Notes under the pieces: model-generated | Told to the model about the DNA's origin: nothing | Seen by the model: the letters and a program-made list of their open reading frames with translations, nothing else | Database searches by the model: none | DNA from: Candidatus Eiseniibacteriota bacterium | GTDB taxonomy: Bacteria > Eisenbacteria > RBG-16-71-46 | Direction of reading: 5' to 3' | Length of the DNA: 64,000 nt | Assembly: GCA_963717505.1 (NCBI GenBank) | Contig: OY970342.1 | Location: 1 to 64,000, forward strand | Shown: one piece after another, positions 11,447 to 21,123 of the stretch | Numbering within the stretch: position 1 is the first letter of the stretch | How the letters are laid out: each line of letters opens with the position of its first letter | Translations under genes and position numbers: made by a program

Positions 11447-12239
11447 GATCGCTGCATTCAAGAAAGTGGTCGAAGTCTGCCGCAAGCTGAGGGGGCCCGA
11501 GGGCTGCCCGTGGGACCGCGATCAGACGCTGGAAACGATGACCCCCTATCTCACCGAGGAGGCGGTCGAAAGCGCCGAGGCGATCTCGGCCAACGAGCCG
11601 GGCGCGATCGCCGAGGAACTGGGCGATCTGATGTTCCTCTCGGTGTTCTGCCTCGAGCTGCTCGCCGAGAAGCACGGAATCGGGCTCGCCGAGTCCATGG
11701 AGCGTGCCGCCGACAAGCTGATTCGCAGGCACCCGCACGTCTACGGGACGACCGAGGTCGCGGACGGCGACGCCGCCTACCGTCAGTGGCAGGAGATCAA
11801 ACGCCTCGAGAAGGGCGGCAACGGCTCGCTCCTGGGTGACCTGCCGCGGGGCCTGCCGGCCCTGGTTGCGGCCTATCGCATCCAGGAGAAGGCGGGTGCC
11901 GTCGGCTTCGACTGGCCGAACGCCGAGGGCGCCTTCGGCAAGATTCGCGAGGAGCTGGTCGAACTCGAAGTCGCACGCGCGAGCGACACCACGCCCGCGG
12001 TGGCCCATGAAGTGGGCGACCTCTTGTTCGCGGTGGTCAATGTCGCTCGCCACCTGCGCGTCGATCCCGAGCGGGAGCTGCGCGTGGCGGCGCATCGCTT
12101 CCGCGATCGATTCCACCACGTCGAGCGCCGGCTGTCCGAGCGAGGGCGCACGCCGGCCCAGTCCACGCTCGAGGAAATGGACGAACTGTGGGACGAAGCC
12201 AAACGGATGGCCGCGGCGCCGGTAAAGGAGCAACCATGA
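11433..12239 (+). CDS. mazG: Nucleoside triphosphate pyrophosphohydrolase MazG
   Basis: Motifs LRGPEGCPWDRDQT, EELGDL, KLIRRHPHV, GFDW and EVGDLLF. Confidence 0.93.
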   Translation: MTEREIAAFKKVVEVCRKLRGPEGCPWDRDQTLETMTPYLTEEAVESAEAISANEPGAIAEELGDLMFLSVFCLELLAEKHGIGLAESMERAADKLIRRHPHVYGTTEVADGDAAYRQWQEIKRLEKGGNGSLLGDLPRGLPALVAAYRIQEKAGAVGFDWPNAEGAFGKIREELVELEVARASDTTPAVAHEVGDLLFAVVNVARHLRVDPERELRVAAHRFRDRFHHVERRLSERGRTPAQSTLEEMDELWDEAKRMAAAPVKEQP

Positions 12240-12529
12240 GTGTCGAATCGCCGTCGCGGCAGGCGGCACTGTTCCTGCAACTCCTGCTTGGGCTCCAGCA
12301 GAGCGGCATGATGGCGCTCGGCAAGTTGATGAACCCGATCACCCGCTCGATCGACCGCAACCTCGATGCTGCGCGCGACACGATCGACACGCTGGCCGCG
12401 ATCGAGGCGCGCACGCGGGGCAACCTCGAGCCCGACGAGGCGCGCGTGCTGCAGCAGGTGCTGACCGAACTCAGGATGAACTACGTCGACGAGCTAAAGA
12501 AGACGGGCGCTCCGGCCGAAGGCGGTTGA
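12236..12529 (+). CDS. DUF1844-family small protein
   Basis: AAGGAG RBS and an ATGA overlap with mazG. Pattern ALGKLMNP...AARDTID.L...TRGNL..DE...L..LRMNYV. Confidence 0.8.
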   Translation: MSVESPSRQAALFLQLLLGLQQSGMMALGKLMNPITRSIDRNLDAARDTIDTLAAIEARTRGNLEPDEARVLQQVLTELRMNYVDELKKTGAPAEGG

Positions 12530-12569
12530 GCGCACCGATTCGCGGCTCTCGGTTTGGCGGTCTCTGTCC

Positions 12570-13850
12570 ATGGCGCGAATCATGATCCTAGGCGGGGGTT
12601 TCGGCGGCCTCTACACCGCGCGCTATCTCGAGCGGCGGCTGCCCCGCGACCAGCACGAAATCGTCCTGGTCTCGACAGAGAATTACATGCTGTATACGCC
12701 GCTGCTGCCCGAAGCCGCGGGTGGTGCACTGGAGCCGCGCCACGTCGTCGTGCCCCTGCGGACCGCACTGTCACGGACCCGCGTGGTCATCGGCGAGGTT
12801 CGGGACGTGAACCCGACGGGGCGCGCGATCGAGCTCGAGACGCAGGACGGCGGCCATCGAACGCTCTCCTACGATCACCTGGTCTTCGCGCTCGGCAGCT
12901 CGACGCGGATGCCGTCCACCGTCCCCGGCCTGCGCGATCGCGCGATCTCCTTCAAGACCCTGGCCGAAGCGATCTACCTACGCAACCGCGTGCTGCAGCA
13001 CCTCGAGCTGGCCGACGCGGCAGCAGACGACGAGGCGCGGCGCGCGCTGCTGAGCTTCGTCTTCGTCGGTGGAGGCTACGCCGGCGTCGAAGCGGGCGCG
13101 GAGCTGCACGCGATGGCACGAGAGGCGCTGCGCTTCTATCCCAGCCTCGACGCGGGCCGGCTGCGTTTCGTCGTGATCGAGGCCGGGCCCGGGATCATGC
13201 GCGACCTGGGCGAAGAGTTTGCGAAGCGGGTGGAACGCCGGCTGGTCGGAAAGGGCATCGAGATCCGCGTCGCCACTACGTTGCGCGAGGTTCACGACGA
13301 CGCAGTCGCCCTCAGCGACGGTGACATCCTGCCGACCAGGACGGTGGTGTGGACCGCCGGCGTGGCGGCACACCCTCTGGCGGCCCGGCTCGGGGCCGTG
13401 TGTGATGAGCGAGGGCGCGTGTTGTGTGAATCGGACCTACGCGTGCGCGGCCTGTCCGGAGTCTGGGCTCTGGGCGACAGCGCCGCCGTTCCGGACGCCA
13501 AGTCCGGTGGACTCCCCGCGCCCCCGACCGCGCAGCATGCGCTGCGTCAGGCGCGGGTGCTGGCGAGAAACCTGGCCGCAGCCCTGGTAGGCGGGCCGAC
13601 GGTGTCGTTCGCCTACGGCAATCTCGGGATGCTGGCTGGCCTGGGAAAGCGCGACGGCGCATGCCGGCTGCTCGGCATTCCGGTGAGCGGACTGCTCGCG
13701 TGGTGGATCGTGCGCACCTATCACCTGATCGCGCTGCCGACTCTGGCGCGAAAAGTCCGCGTGCTGATCGACTGGAACATCGCCCTGTTCTTCCCGCGAG
13801 ACATCGCTCAGTTGGGGAGCCTCGGCCAGGTGAAGCACGAGCGCCGATGA
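12570..13850 (+). CDS. ndh: Type II NADH:quinone oxidoreductase-like FAD-dependent oxidoreductase
   Basis: Two Rossmann motifs (GGGFGG and GGGYAGVE), plus YTPLLPE, WTAGV, ALGD and PPTAQHA. Confidence 0.82.
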   Translation: MARIMILGGGFGGLYTARYLERRLPRDQHEIVLVSTENYMLYTPLLPEAAGGALEPRHVVVPLRTALSRTRVVIGEVRDVNPTGRAIELETQDGGHRTLSYDHLVFALGSSTRMPSTVPGLRDRAISFKTLAEAIYLRNRVLQHLELADAAADDEARRALLSFVFVGGGYAGVEAGAELHAMAREALRFYPSLDAGRLRFVVIEAGPGIMRDLGEEFAKRVERRLVGKGIEIRVATTLREVHDDAVALSDGDILPTRTVVWTAGVAAHPLAARLGAVCDERGRVLCESDLRVRGLSGVWALGDSAAVPDAKSGGLPAPPTAQHALRQARVLARNLAAALVGGPTVSFAYGNLGMLAGLGKRDGACRLLGIPVSGLLAWWIVRTYHLIALPTLARKVRVLIDWNIALFFPRDIAQLGSLGQVKHERR

Positions 13851-13920
13851 TTGAGCGAGCGCGGGGTGGCTGCTAAGCTCTCGAGCCCTTCCCATGATCC
13901 CGCCTTCGAAACTGCCAACC

Positions 13921-14640
13921 ATGCGTGGACGTCTCGCCTGCTTCCTCCTGGTGGTGTCTCCCCTGTTGGCGCTCGCCGCCGGTTGCCGGGGCGAGAACGA
14001 TGCGCAAGAACTCAAGGCCGGCGGCAAGGCGTATCTGGCCCAGTGCGCCGTGTGCCACGGACCCCTGGGCCAGGGGGACGGCCCCCTGGCCGCCACCATC
14101 CGCGCAGAGGGCAAGACTCCTCCGGCGGTGCTCGATGCCGCGCGCGTCGGTTCACTCGGACGGAATGGTGTGCGAAAGGCAATCGAATCTGGGGTGCACG
14201 TGAGTGGAGGCACGGCCATGCCGGTCTGGGGACCTCACCTCGGCCGCGAATGGACGGATCGGGTCACGGACTACGTCGTCAGCATGCCGGACCTCGGTGA
14301 GGCCGGGCGCAACCTGGTCGCGAGCTATCTGGCGGATCCTCCGAACACACCGCCCTCGGGACGCCGTGCATACGTGCTCTACTGCTCGGGGTGCCACGGG
14401 CCGCAAGGCGGCGGTGATGGATTCTTCTCCGGAAGCGTCGCATCGCAACTCCACCCGGCACCGCTTCGGGGCGCATCCCTGTCCGGCCGCAGTGACGACG
14501 AACTGGCGGAGGTCGTCGGTATGGGGGGAGCGCACGCCCCCAACGCAACCACCATGCCGGGCTGGCTCCACACGATCTCTCCCGAGGACCGTCAGGCGCT
14601 GGTCGGCTACCTGCGCAGCCTTTCGGGATCGGTGGACTAG
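13921..14640 (+). CDS. Di-heme c-type cytochrome, probable lipoprotein
   Basis: Two CxxCH motifs (CAVCH, CSGCH), each followed by a distal MP motif. Signal peptide ends in LAAGC. Alternative start at 13894. Confidence 0.85.
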   Translation: MRGRLACFLLVVSPLLALAAGCRGENDAQELKAGGKAYLAQCAVCHGPLGQGDGPLAATIRAEGKTPPAVLDAARVGSLGRNGVRKAIESGVHVSGGTAMPVWGPHLGREWTDRVTDYVVSMPDLGEAGRNLVASYLADPPNTPPSGRRAYVLYCSGCHGPQGGGDGFFSGSVASQLHPAPLRGASLSGRSDDELAEVVGMGGAHAPNATTMPGWLHTISPEDRQALVGYLRSLSGSVD

Positions 14641-14653
14641 GACCGGGATCGGT

Positions 14654-15220
14654 TCACACAGGTGCCTTGAATTGCTCGCGGTTGCTGTCGACGAATTGCC
14701 GGAGCAAATCCGATAGATTGTCCGGATACTCGAAGAAGCGGCCGTCCAACGCGCCGAGCACGTCGATCACCTCTTTGCCCTTCTGCTCGAGCGCCCGGGT
14801 GCGTTCGTCGCGGTCCCTGGGTGGTCCCGAGGCGCCAAAGATGCTGTTGGCCTCCTCGGCGATCGCCGCCATGCGTTCGGCGCCGATTTCCCGAAGGGCC
14901 GCGGGGGTTTCCAGCGCGTTGTCGCCCGCCGAGTTGATGTAGAACTGAGAGAAGCCTCCGTTGTTGACCTCGGCTTCGAGATTCCACACGCACAGGAACG
15001 TCCGCTCGGCGTCGGAAAGCCCCTGGACGCCGACGGCCGCCTCTCTCGCCCACACGGCTTCGCTCACGCGGATCAGGTCGATCTCGGATCCCTCGGTCAG
15101 GAGCGGCGTACCGGCTCCAGGCGCCGCCTTGGGCTGAGCACCGCACCCGGTGAGCGCAATGAGGGCCAGAACGATCGCAGGCGCGGAAACAGCGAACACG
15201 GACTTGAACAGTGGGCGCAT
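14654..15220 (-). CDS. DUF4375/DMP19-like protein with a lipoprotein signal
   Basis: GGAGG RBS, lipobox ALTGC and the DUF4375-type motif EVNNGGFSQFYINSAG. Confidence 0.75.
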   Translation of the reverse strand: MRPLFKSVFAVSAPAIVLALIALTGCGAQPKAAPGAGTPLLTEGSEIDLIRVSEAVWAREAAVGVQGLSDAERTFLCVWNLEAEVNNGGFSQFYINSAGDNALETPAALREIGAERMAAIAEEANSIFGASGPPRDRDERTRALEQKGKEVIDVLGALDGRFFEYPDNLSDLLRQFVDSNREQFKAPV

Positions 15221-15246
15221 CATTACCTCCTGAAGTCGGCCTGTCG

Positions 15247-15945
15247 TCAGGCGGGAACCTCTCGAGTCGCCTCGCGAAGAGCGGCACGGGCGAGCGTACG
15301 GGTCGAGTCGATCGCTGGCAACGGGGAATCGGACTCCGAGATCAGGAGCGGGATCTCGGTGCATCCGAGCACGACGGCATCGCATCCGTGAGCCGCGAGC
15401 GAATCGATCACCGTGCACATGTAGCGCCGGGAAGACTCCTGGAATCGCCCGTACACCAGCTCGTCGAAGATGATCGCGTTGATCCGTTCGCGAGCGCTCG
15501 CCTCTGGGATCTCGTGCCCGATCCCGAGGGCCTCGAGCTTCCGGCGATAAACCGGGCCTTCCATCAGATACCGCGTTCCCAGGATCCCGAGCCGCTGGAA
15601 TCCTCGCTCTTTCGCGACCCGGGCGACTTCGCCGGCAATGTGGAGCCACGGCGCCGGAGCTTCCGCGAGGACCAAGTCGAGCGCCTGGTGCAGCGTGTTG
15701 TCGGGGCAGATCAGCAGCTCGGCGCCGCCGCGAACCAGGAGATTCGCCGAGGTCAGTAGGAGACGGCCGGCCCGCTGCCAATCCCCCGCGTCAATCGGCG
15801 CCATGTAGTCGGCCAGCGAGAACGTATGGACGGAAACGGGCGGGTGTCGGTGCCGACCGAGGATCACAGCGCCTTCGACACAGATCGTGCGGTAGCAGAG
15901 TGCCGCACCTTCGGCGCTGACCGCGACGATGCCGATGTGCTTCAC
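15247..15945 (-). CDS. Aspartate/glutamate racemase family protein
   Basis: GTG start overlaps the upstream stop. Motifs [14 protein letters not shown] and [10 protein letters not shown]. Confidence 0.85.
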   Translation of the reverse strand: MKHIGIVAVSAEGAALCYRTICVEGAVILGRHRHPPVSVHTFSLADYMAPIDAGDWQRAGRLLLTSANLLVRGGAELLICPDNTLHQALDLVLAEAPAPWLHIAGEVARVAKERGFQRLGILGTRYLMEGPVYRRKLEALGIGHEIPEASARERINAIIFDELVYGRFQESSRRYMCTVIDSLAAHGCDAVVLGCTEIPLLISESDSPLPAIDSTRTLARAALREATREVPA

Positions 15946-16346
15946 GTCCTGCTCTTCTTGGCCATCTCCGCGAGGCGGGCTTTCACCAGCTTCTTGACCA
16001 CCGTCGCCGGCGGCGGGTCCGCGAGCGGGAACTGGATGGTCCCCTTCGAGGTCTTGTACTCCTTGATGTCGCTGGCGAGCGAGCGGCGGATCGAGTCGCT
16101 CATCGGGTAAAGGCTCAAGTGGTTGGTCCACCCGGCGTACCAGACCAGGATCTTTCCTCCCCATCGGAACGCCGGGATGCCGTAGCTGAACGCGTCCTCG
16201 GCTTGGGGCGCCGCCGTACGGATCGCCTCGCGCAGCTTCTTGAGCTCCCGCCGGGCATCGGGCGGCAACGCGGCCAGGTAGGCACGCACCTGGTCTCCCG
16301 CACTCGGAGTGCGACTTCTCTTGGAGGACCACTTCACTGCCGGCAC
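15942..16346 (-). CDS. DUF1801 (YdhG-like) protein
   Basis: Pattern YLAALP...LREAIR.AAP.AE..SYGIPAF, then HLSLYP and SKGTIQFP. Confidence 0.8.
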   Translation of the reverse strand: MPAVKWSSKRSRTPSAGDQVRAYLAALPPDARRELKKLREAIRTAAPQAEDAFSYGIPAFRWGGKILVWYAGWTNHLSLYPMSDSIRRSLASDIKEYKTSKGTIQFPLADPPPATVVKKLVKARLAEMAKKSRT

Positions 16347-16399
16347 GATCTCCTGTTCCTCACTCTGGTTGGGTCATGATTGCCCGTCAGGACCCGAGG

Positions 16400-16786
16400 C
16401 TACTCCAACTGGGCTCCGTTCTCGACGAGAAGCTGCCTCAGGATCGACCGGTGGCACCGGTCCTCGCGCTCGCAGTAGCAGCCGACCGAAAAGTCCGCGG
16501 TATGCGACAGCACCGCCAGCAACTCGAGGTCGTGCTTGGCGTGCGGCGCTGCCATCTCGGCGCGGTATTTCCTCACGAAGGTCTTCCACTCGGCAGGCGT
16601 CTGGGCCGCGAGTCCGACCTTCATGGTGGCGAGGCTGGGGGCCAGGTTCGGGAACCAGACGTCGTACCAGTTCTGCTTCGCGAACTGCGACTTGGGAACC
16701 CCGCGAGGCGGGCGGCGGACCGTCCCTATTCGAGTTCCTTCGCCACGCGTTCGCGGGGATCCGAGTCGGACGATGCGCACGCTCAT
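16400..16786 (-). CDS. DUF488-family protein
   Basis: GGAGG RBS. Motifs RIGTVRRPPRGVPK, WFPNLAPS and GCYCE.EDRCHRS. Confidence 0.8.
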   Translation of the reverse strand: MSVRIVRLGSPRTRGEGTRIGTVRRPPRGVPKSQFAKQNWYDVWFPNLAPSLATMKVGLAAQTPAEWKTFVRKYRAEMAAPHAKHDLELLAVLSHTADFSVGCYCEREDRCHRSILRQLLVENGAQLE

Positions 16787-16826
16787 TGAGCCTCCCGACG
16801 ACCACCCAGGCTCGACCCCACTCTGC

Positions 16827-17681
16827 TCACGCCGCGGGCAGGCGCTTGTCGATCCAGGTCTTGATGTCCGCCATGACCCCTTCCTTGCCGACGTCGTTGA
16901 GCAGGTCGTGGAAGTGCCCTTCGTAGAGCTTGAGCGTCTTGTCCTTGGAACCGGCCGTGTCGTAGAAGAACTGGCTGCCGCCCGGCATCGTGGCTTTGTC
17001 GAACGTGCCGTGGAGAATGAACACCGGCAGCGTGATGCGCGAGAACGATCTCTTGAGCCGCTCGTCGGCACGGACCAGGGCCGCAACGGTCTTCGCGGGT
17101 TGCACTTCGTTTGCGGTGAGAGGGTCGCTGTTCAACTTCTGCACGGCCTTCGGATCCCGCGAGAAATCCTCGTTCTTGAGCTTCAGGGCCGGCAGACGCG
17201 GTGCCAGGTAGCTCAGCCCCTTGATGACGGCGAGCGCGATGTCGGGCGCCGGCACTTTGAACGCGAAACTCTCGCAAATGAGCCCCGCAAGCTCGGCCTG
17301 GTGTTCCAACGTGTACGTGCAGGACACGACGCCACCGGCACTGTGGCCGAGCAGGAACACCGGCTGGCCGGGCTCCCGCGACTTCGCGAGCTTCACGAGC
17401 CCGGCGACGTCGCTGACGTAGTCGGCGACACTATCGACATAGAACCGCTCGCCCGCGGACTTCCCGCGCCCGCGCAGATCCAGGGCGTAGACGGCGAAAC
17501 CGCTGGCCACGAGTTGTTCCGCCGCCCAAAAGTACTGTCCACTGTGGGAGTTGACGCCGTGGCAGATGGCGACCACGGCACGCGGCTTCGATGTCGGGCG
17601 CCACGATCGAACGAAGATCTTGACCCCGCCTACTCCGTCGATGATTTCTTCTCTTGGACCGCTCATGAGCTCCGGAGCCAT
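16827..17681 (-). CDS. Alpha/beta hydrolase (lysophospholipase/monoacylglycerol lipase-like)
   Basis: HG oxyanion motif, GHSAG nucleophile elbow, HGTFD and the catalytic His in GHFHDL. AGGAGG RBS. Confidence 0.88.
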   Translation of the reverse strand: MAPELMSGPREEIIDGVGGVKIFVRSWRPTSKPRAVVAICHGVNSHSGQYFWAAEQLVASGFAVYALDLRGRGKSAGERFYVDSVADYVSDVAGLVKLAKSREPGQPVFLLGHSAGGVVSCTYTLEHQAELAGLICESFAFKVPAPDIALAVIKGLSYLAPRLPALKLKNEDFSRDPKAVQKLNSDPLTANEVQPAKTVAALVRADERLKRSFSRITLPVFILHGTFDKATMPGGSQFFYDTAGSKDKTLKLYEGHFHDLLNDVGKEGVMADIKTWIDKRLPAA

Positions 17682-17758
17682 CGGTGCCTCCTGTTAGAAA
17701 CCTGCTTCGAACTGGGGGCGCGGGCCGGCCCGTTCAACGGTCCATCAACCATCGCACT

Positions 17759-18311
17759 TCACCTCGATGATTTCCATGAATCCGGGCGCACGGCAACCCA
17801 CTCGATCGCCCCGTCGCGCGGGCCAATGCGAGCCCGAAGGTGCTCGGCGGCCCTTTCGTTGTCCAGGTGTGGCGGCAGGAGCGCTCGAAGGAGGACCAGG
17901 ACGCATGCTTCGAGGAACGAGACCGGCTCCTCGAGGCCGCGATTGCGATTGCCCGCCGTGTTCATGAGCACGAACCGGACAGGCGCCCCGGATCTGTTCG
18001 CTTTGATGGCGTCGCACAATCGGCGCGTGGCATCGGTGACGAGCATCCGCGGGCGGCCGTAGATCCCCTTCCAGGTCAGGTTGTGCCCCAGACACGAAGC
18101 CACTGCGTGGCATCCACGGGCGTGTCGGGCCAGTTCCGCGTCGCTGAGGTCGAGGACGCTGGCCCGGGTCACGAACAATCGATCGTGACTTCTCAACGCA
18201 TCGGGCAGCGTTTCCGGTGCTCGGACGATGGCCCGGACCTCCCCGCCACGATCGAGGAGCTGCCCCACGAGCAGGCGCCCCGTCGCCCCGCTGGCGCCCA
18301 CCGGTCGTCAC
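17759..18311 (-). pseudogene. NAD(P)H-binding (flavin reductase/SDR-like) oxidoreductase, disrupted
   Basis: The GASGATG Rossmann motif is out of frame with the upstream GTG ACG ACC start. The ORF stops right after WVAVRPDS, where such proteins normally continue. Confidence 0.6.
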
Positions 18312-18331
18312 GGATCGCGACAAGGCTCAAC

Positions 18332-19549
18332 TCAAACGGCGTTCAGGACTGCGCACTTGAGGTAGTGCGTCTCGGGGACCGCGAGCAGCTGGGGATGATC
18401 CGGCGGCTCGCCCGCCCAGTCCAGCACCCGGAACGGCCGGTGTGCGGCGCGCGCGGCCTCGAGCAACACCTGGCGAAACAGCATGTCGTCGAGGTGATGG
18501 CTGCACGAGCAGGTCACGAGGACGCCGTCTTCCTCGAGCAGGTTCATCGCGGCCCGGTTCAGCTCGCGATAGGCGCGAGCGCCGGCCGCCAGCGTCCGGC
18601 GCGACTTGATCAGCGCGGGCGGGTCGAGCACCACGAGCCCGAATCGCTCGCGCGCCCGCTCCAGCGCCCGAACCGTGTCGAACACGTTGCCGCACTCGAA
18701 GCTGATGCGATCGCTCAGCTGGTTGCGCTCGGCGTTCCGGCGCGCGGCCGCGAGCGCCGGCTCCGACGAATCCACAGCATGGACCTGGGTGGCTCCGCCG
18801 CGCGCCAGGTGCAGCGCCCATTCCCCCTGGTAGCAGAACAAGTCGAGCGCCCGCCGGCCCGCCGCCCATTGCGCCGCCCGGCGGCGGTTGAGCCGCTGGT
18901 CGAGGAAGAGCCCGGTCTTCTGTCCGTGGAGGAGATCGACCTCGACCTGGAACCCATCCACCTCGAGCTCGACCCGCTCGGGCACGTCGCCCCACCACAC
19001 CTCGCGCGACAGCGGAAGCCCCTCGAGCTGGCGAAGGGGCGAGTCGGCGACCCGCACGGCGCCACGGACGCCGGGCAGCGCCGCCAGGGCCGCTCGCACC
19101 AGCTCCGAGCGTGCTTCCATTCCGAGCGTCAGGATCTGCACCGACAGCCAGTCGCCGTACCGGTCCACGACCAGGCCCGGGAGCTGGTCGGCCTCGCCGT
19201 ACACGAGCCGGAGCGCGACCTCGCCGGGCATCACGCGCTCCCGGAGCCGCGTCGCGCGCTCGATTCGACGCGTGAAGAACTCCGCGTCGATCTCGTCTCG
19301 GCCCCGCGTGAGGATCCGCGCGCAAATCAGGCTCGAATGGTTGTAGTAGGCGCGCCCGAGATACGCGCCGCGGGCATCGCGCACGTCGACCAGCGCGCCG
19401 TCGGCGGGATCGCCCTTGAGCTCGCCAATCTCGTTGCTGAAGATCCAGGGGTGTCCCGCGCGAACGCGCCGGTCCTGGTTCTTGCGCAGGACGAGGACGC
19501 CGGCAGACGACGTCGCCGGGCCCGCGGCCGAGCCCCGAGCTTCCTCCAC
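18332..19549 (-). CDS. rlmI: RlmI-like SAM-dependent rRNA m5C methyltransferase (PUA domain)
   Basis: PUA motif GHPWIFSNE, plus EADQLPGLVVDRY, GQKTGLFLDQR, LDPPAL and TCSCS. Confidence 0.85.
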   Translation of the reverse strand: MEEARGSAAGPATSSAGVLVLRKNQDRRVRAGHPWIFSNEIGELKGDPADGALVDVRDARGAYLGRAYYNHSSLICARILTRGRDEIDAEFFTRRIERATRLRERVMPGEVALRLVYGEADQLPGLVVDRYGDWLSVQILTLGMEARSELVRAALAALPGVRGAVRVADSPLRQLEGLPLSREVWWGDVPERVELEVDGFQVEVDLLHGQKTGLFLDQRLNRRRAAQWAAGRRALDLFCYQGEWALHLARGGATQVHAVDSSEPALAAARRNAERNQLSDRISFECGNVFDTVRALERARERFGLVVLDPPALIKSRRTLAAGARAYRELNRAAMNLLEEDGVLVTCSCSHHLDDMLFRQVLLEAARAAHRPFRVLDWAGEPPDHPQLLAVPETHYLKCAVLNAV

Positions 19550-19557
19550 GGAGTGCT

Positions 19558-20463
19558 TCAGCGGACCGGCGCCGCGACCGGGGCGCGTTTGAGTGCCAGG
19601 CCGATCATCCGGTAGGTCAGGCGTGCCGCCAGGAAGTCCGAGGCGAACTGGCCGCCGATCGGCGCCAGCTCGACCACGTCGAAACCGACGATCCGCTTGC
19701 GCTCGGCCACGTAGGCGAGCAGGTCCACCGCCTCGTACCAGTCCAGGCCGCCGGGTTCGGGCGTGCCGGTCGCGGGCAGTGCCGCCGGATCGATCGCGTC
19801 GAGGTCGAAGGTCACGTAGACCTCGTCGGTCAGCGCCTTGAGAATCGGATCCCAGCGCCGCTCGAGGGCGCGGAACTGGCGCGTGCTCCAGATCGGCGCC
19901 GGATGGCCGCGCAGGTAGGCAGCCTCTTCCTCGCTCAGCGAGCGAATGCCGACCGACGCCGCGGGCACGCGCTCGCGAATCCGGCGCATGACGCAGGCGT
20001 GACTATAGGGCGAGTCCAGGTATTGGTTGCGCATGTCGGCGTGAGCGTCGAGCTGGAGCACGGAGAGCTTCGGGTGCCGCTCATGGACGGCGCGCACGGC
20101 GCCCGCGCTGATGCTGTGCTCGCCGCCGAGCATGACCGGCAGCTTGCCGGCATCGAGGATCCACCGGACGGCGTCCGCGACCCGATCGGTCATGGCTTCG
20201 GGGCCCAAGGCCGTGGGCTCGACCTCGGGCAGGGTATGGATTCCCGCCTGATAGGTCGCCCCCAGCTCGTCATCCCACAGCTCCATATTGCGGGAGGCTT
20301 CGAGGATCGCTCGCGGGCCCCAGCGGGTCCCGCTCTGGTAGGAGGTCGAGAAATCGTAGGGGACGGGCAGCACCGCGACGCGCGCGCGCTCCCAGGCGGA
20401 GTGCTCGTCGTCGAGACCGCCGAAGTTCGAGGGCAGTCCGCTCGGCCAGGTCGGTTCGCTCAT
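19558..20463 (-). CDS. speB: Agmatinase (ureohydrolase)
   Basis: Mn-binding motifs GGEHS, DAHADMR, SHAC and DLDAIDP..PATGTPEPGG. Confidence 0.9.
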   Translation of the reverse strand: MSEPTWPSGLPSNFGGLDDEHSAWERARVAVLPVPYDFSTSYQSGTRWGPRAILEASRNMELWDDELGATYQAGIHTLPEVEPTALGPEAMTDRVADAVRWILDAGKLPVMLGGEHSISAGAVRAVHERHPKLSVLQLDAHADMRNQYLDSPYSHACVMRRIRERVPAASVGIRSLSEEEAAYLRGHPAPIWSTRQFRALERRWDPILKALTDEVYVTFDLDAIDPAALPATGTPEPGGLDWYEAVDLLAYVAERKRIVGFDVVELAPIGGQFASDFLAARLTYRMIGLALKRAPVAAPVR

Positions 20464-20530
20464 CTTCGGGCTCCCCCCGTACACGGCGTGCGCAGCTGCT
20501 CGAAAGGGTGCTGAACGGCGACGGCTGCCG

Positions 20531-20577
20531 AAAAAAGCGCCGGGCCCTGACCGGTACGCCGGATCAGGGCCCGCGCC
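20531..20577 (-). terminator. Rho-independent terminator after speD
   Basis: The minus strand reads GGGCCCTGA-T-CCGG-CGTA-CCGG-TCAGGGCCC-GGCGC-TTTTTT, a long GC hairpin followed by a U6 tract. Confidence 0.75.
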
Positions 20578-20589
20578 GGGACGTTTGCC

Positions 20590-21054
20590 TCAGGCGGTGC
20601 GTGCGACGGTCCGAGGTGCCCGCGCGAGCGGGCGCGCAATGCGCTGGCGCTCCTCGCGGACGATGTGCGCGGCACCGTTGAGGTCCTTCGGGAACTCCGT
20701 TCCTCGGTCGAGCACTCGCGCCTCGACTTTGGTCATCTCGAACACCTTCTGCAGGTAGCCCGACGAGAACTCGGCGTCGAACTCCTTGCACGAGAAGATG
20801 TCGCAGGAGACGAAGTTCTTCTCCGGAAACGTATGGATGCTGATGTGGCTTTCCGCGATCAAAACAAAGCCGGAAAGCCCCCAGTCTTCCGGCTTCACCC
20901 CACTGTACTTGAAGACGTACGGTGGCATGATCTTCGTCATGCCAATACGGCCAGGCAGTTCGTCCAGGATGCGGTAGATCAGCTTCAGATCTTGAAGCTT
21001 CTTCTTGTCGCAACCGTAACCGTCCACCATGAGGTGAGGCCCAAAGCCGGTCAT
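20590..21054 (-). CDS. speD: Pyruvoyl-dependent decarboxylase proenzyme of the SpeD (AdoMetDC class 1B) family
   Basis: G.HLMVD N-terminus, autocleavage site AE|SHISIHTFPE and DIFSCK. Substrate is uncertain (see findings). Confidence 0.85.
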   Translation of the reverse strand: MTGFGPHLMVDGYGCDKKKLQDLKLIYRILDELPGRIGMTKIMPPYVFKYSGVKPEDWGLSGFVLIAESHISIHTFPEKNFVSCDIFSCKEFDAEFSSGYLQKVFEMTKVEARVLDRGTEFPKDLNGAAHIVREERQRIARPLARAPRTVARTA

Positions 21055-21123
21055 TTCGTCAGCCACCTCCCAGCAACCAGCGCGCAACGCGCCGGGCTTT
21101 CTTTCCGATTTCCATCGGAATGG

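Noticed and set aside
9542-11485. Long N-terminal extensions on track ORFs for alr, anmK, lysA, etfA, the SBP and ABC subunits
   Set aside because: These are upstream in-frame run-ons overlapping neighbouring genes. The real starts have an RBS or stop/start overlaps. Only the deoC extension survives this test.
11433-12239. MazG as an anti-phage or toxin-antitoxin component
   Set aside because: It is the tandem-domain housekeeping MazG in a core-gene context, with no adjacent toxin or defence genes.
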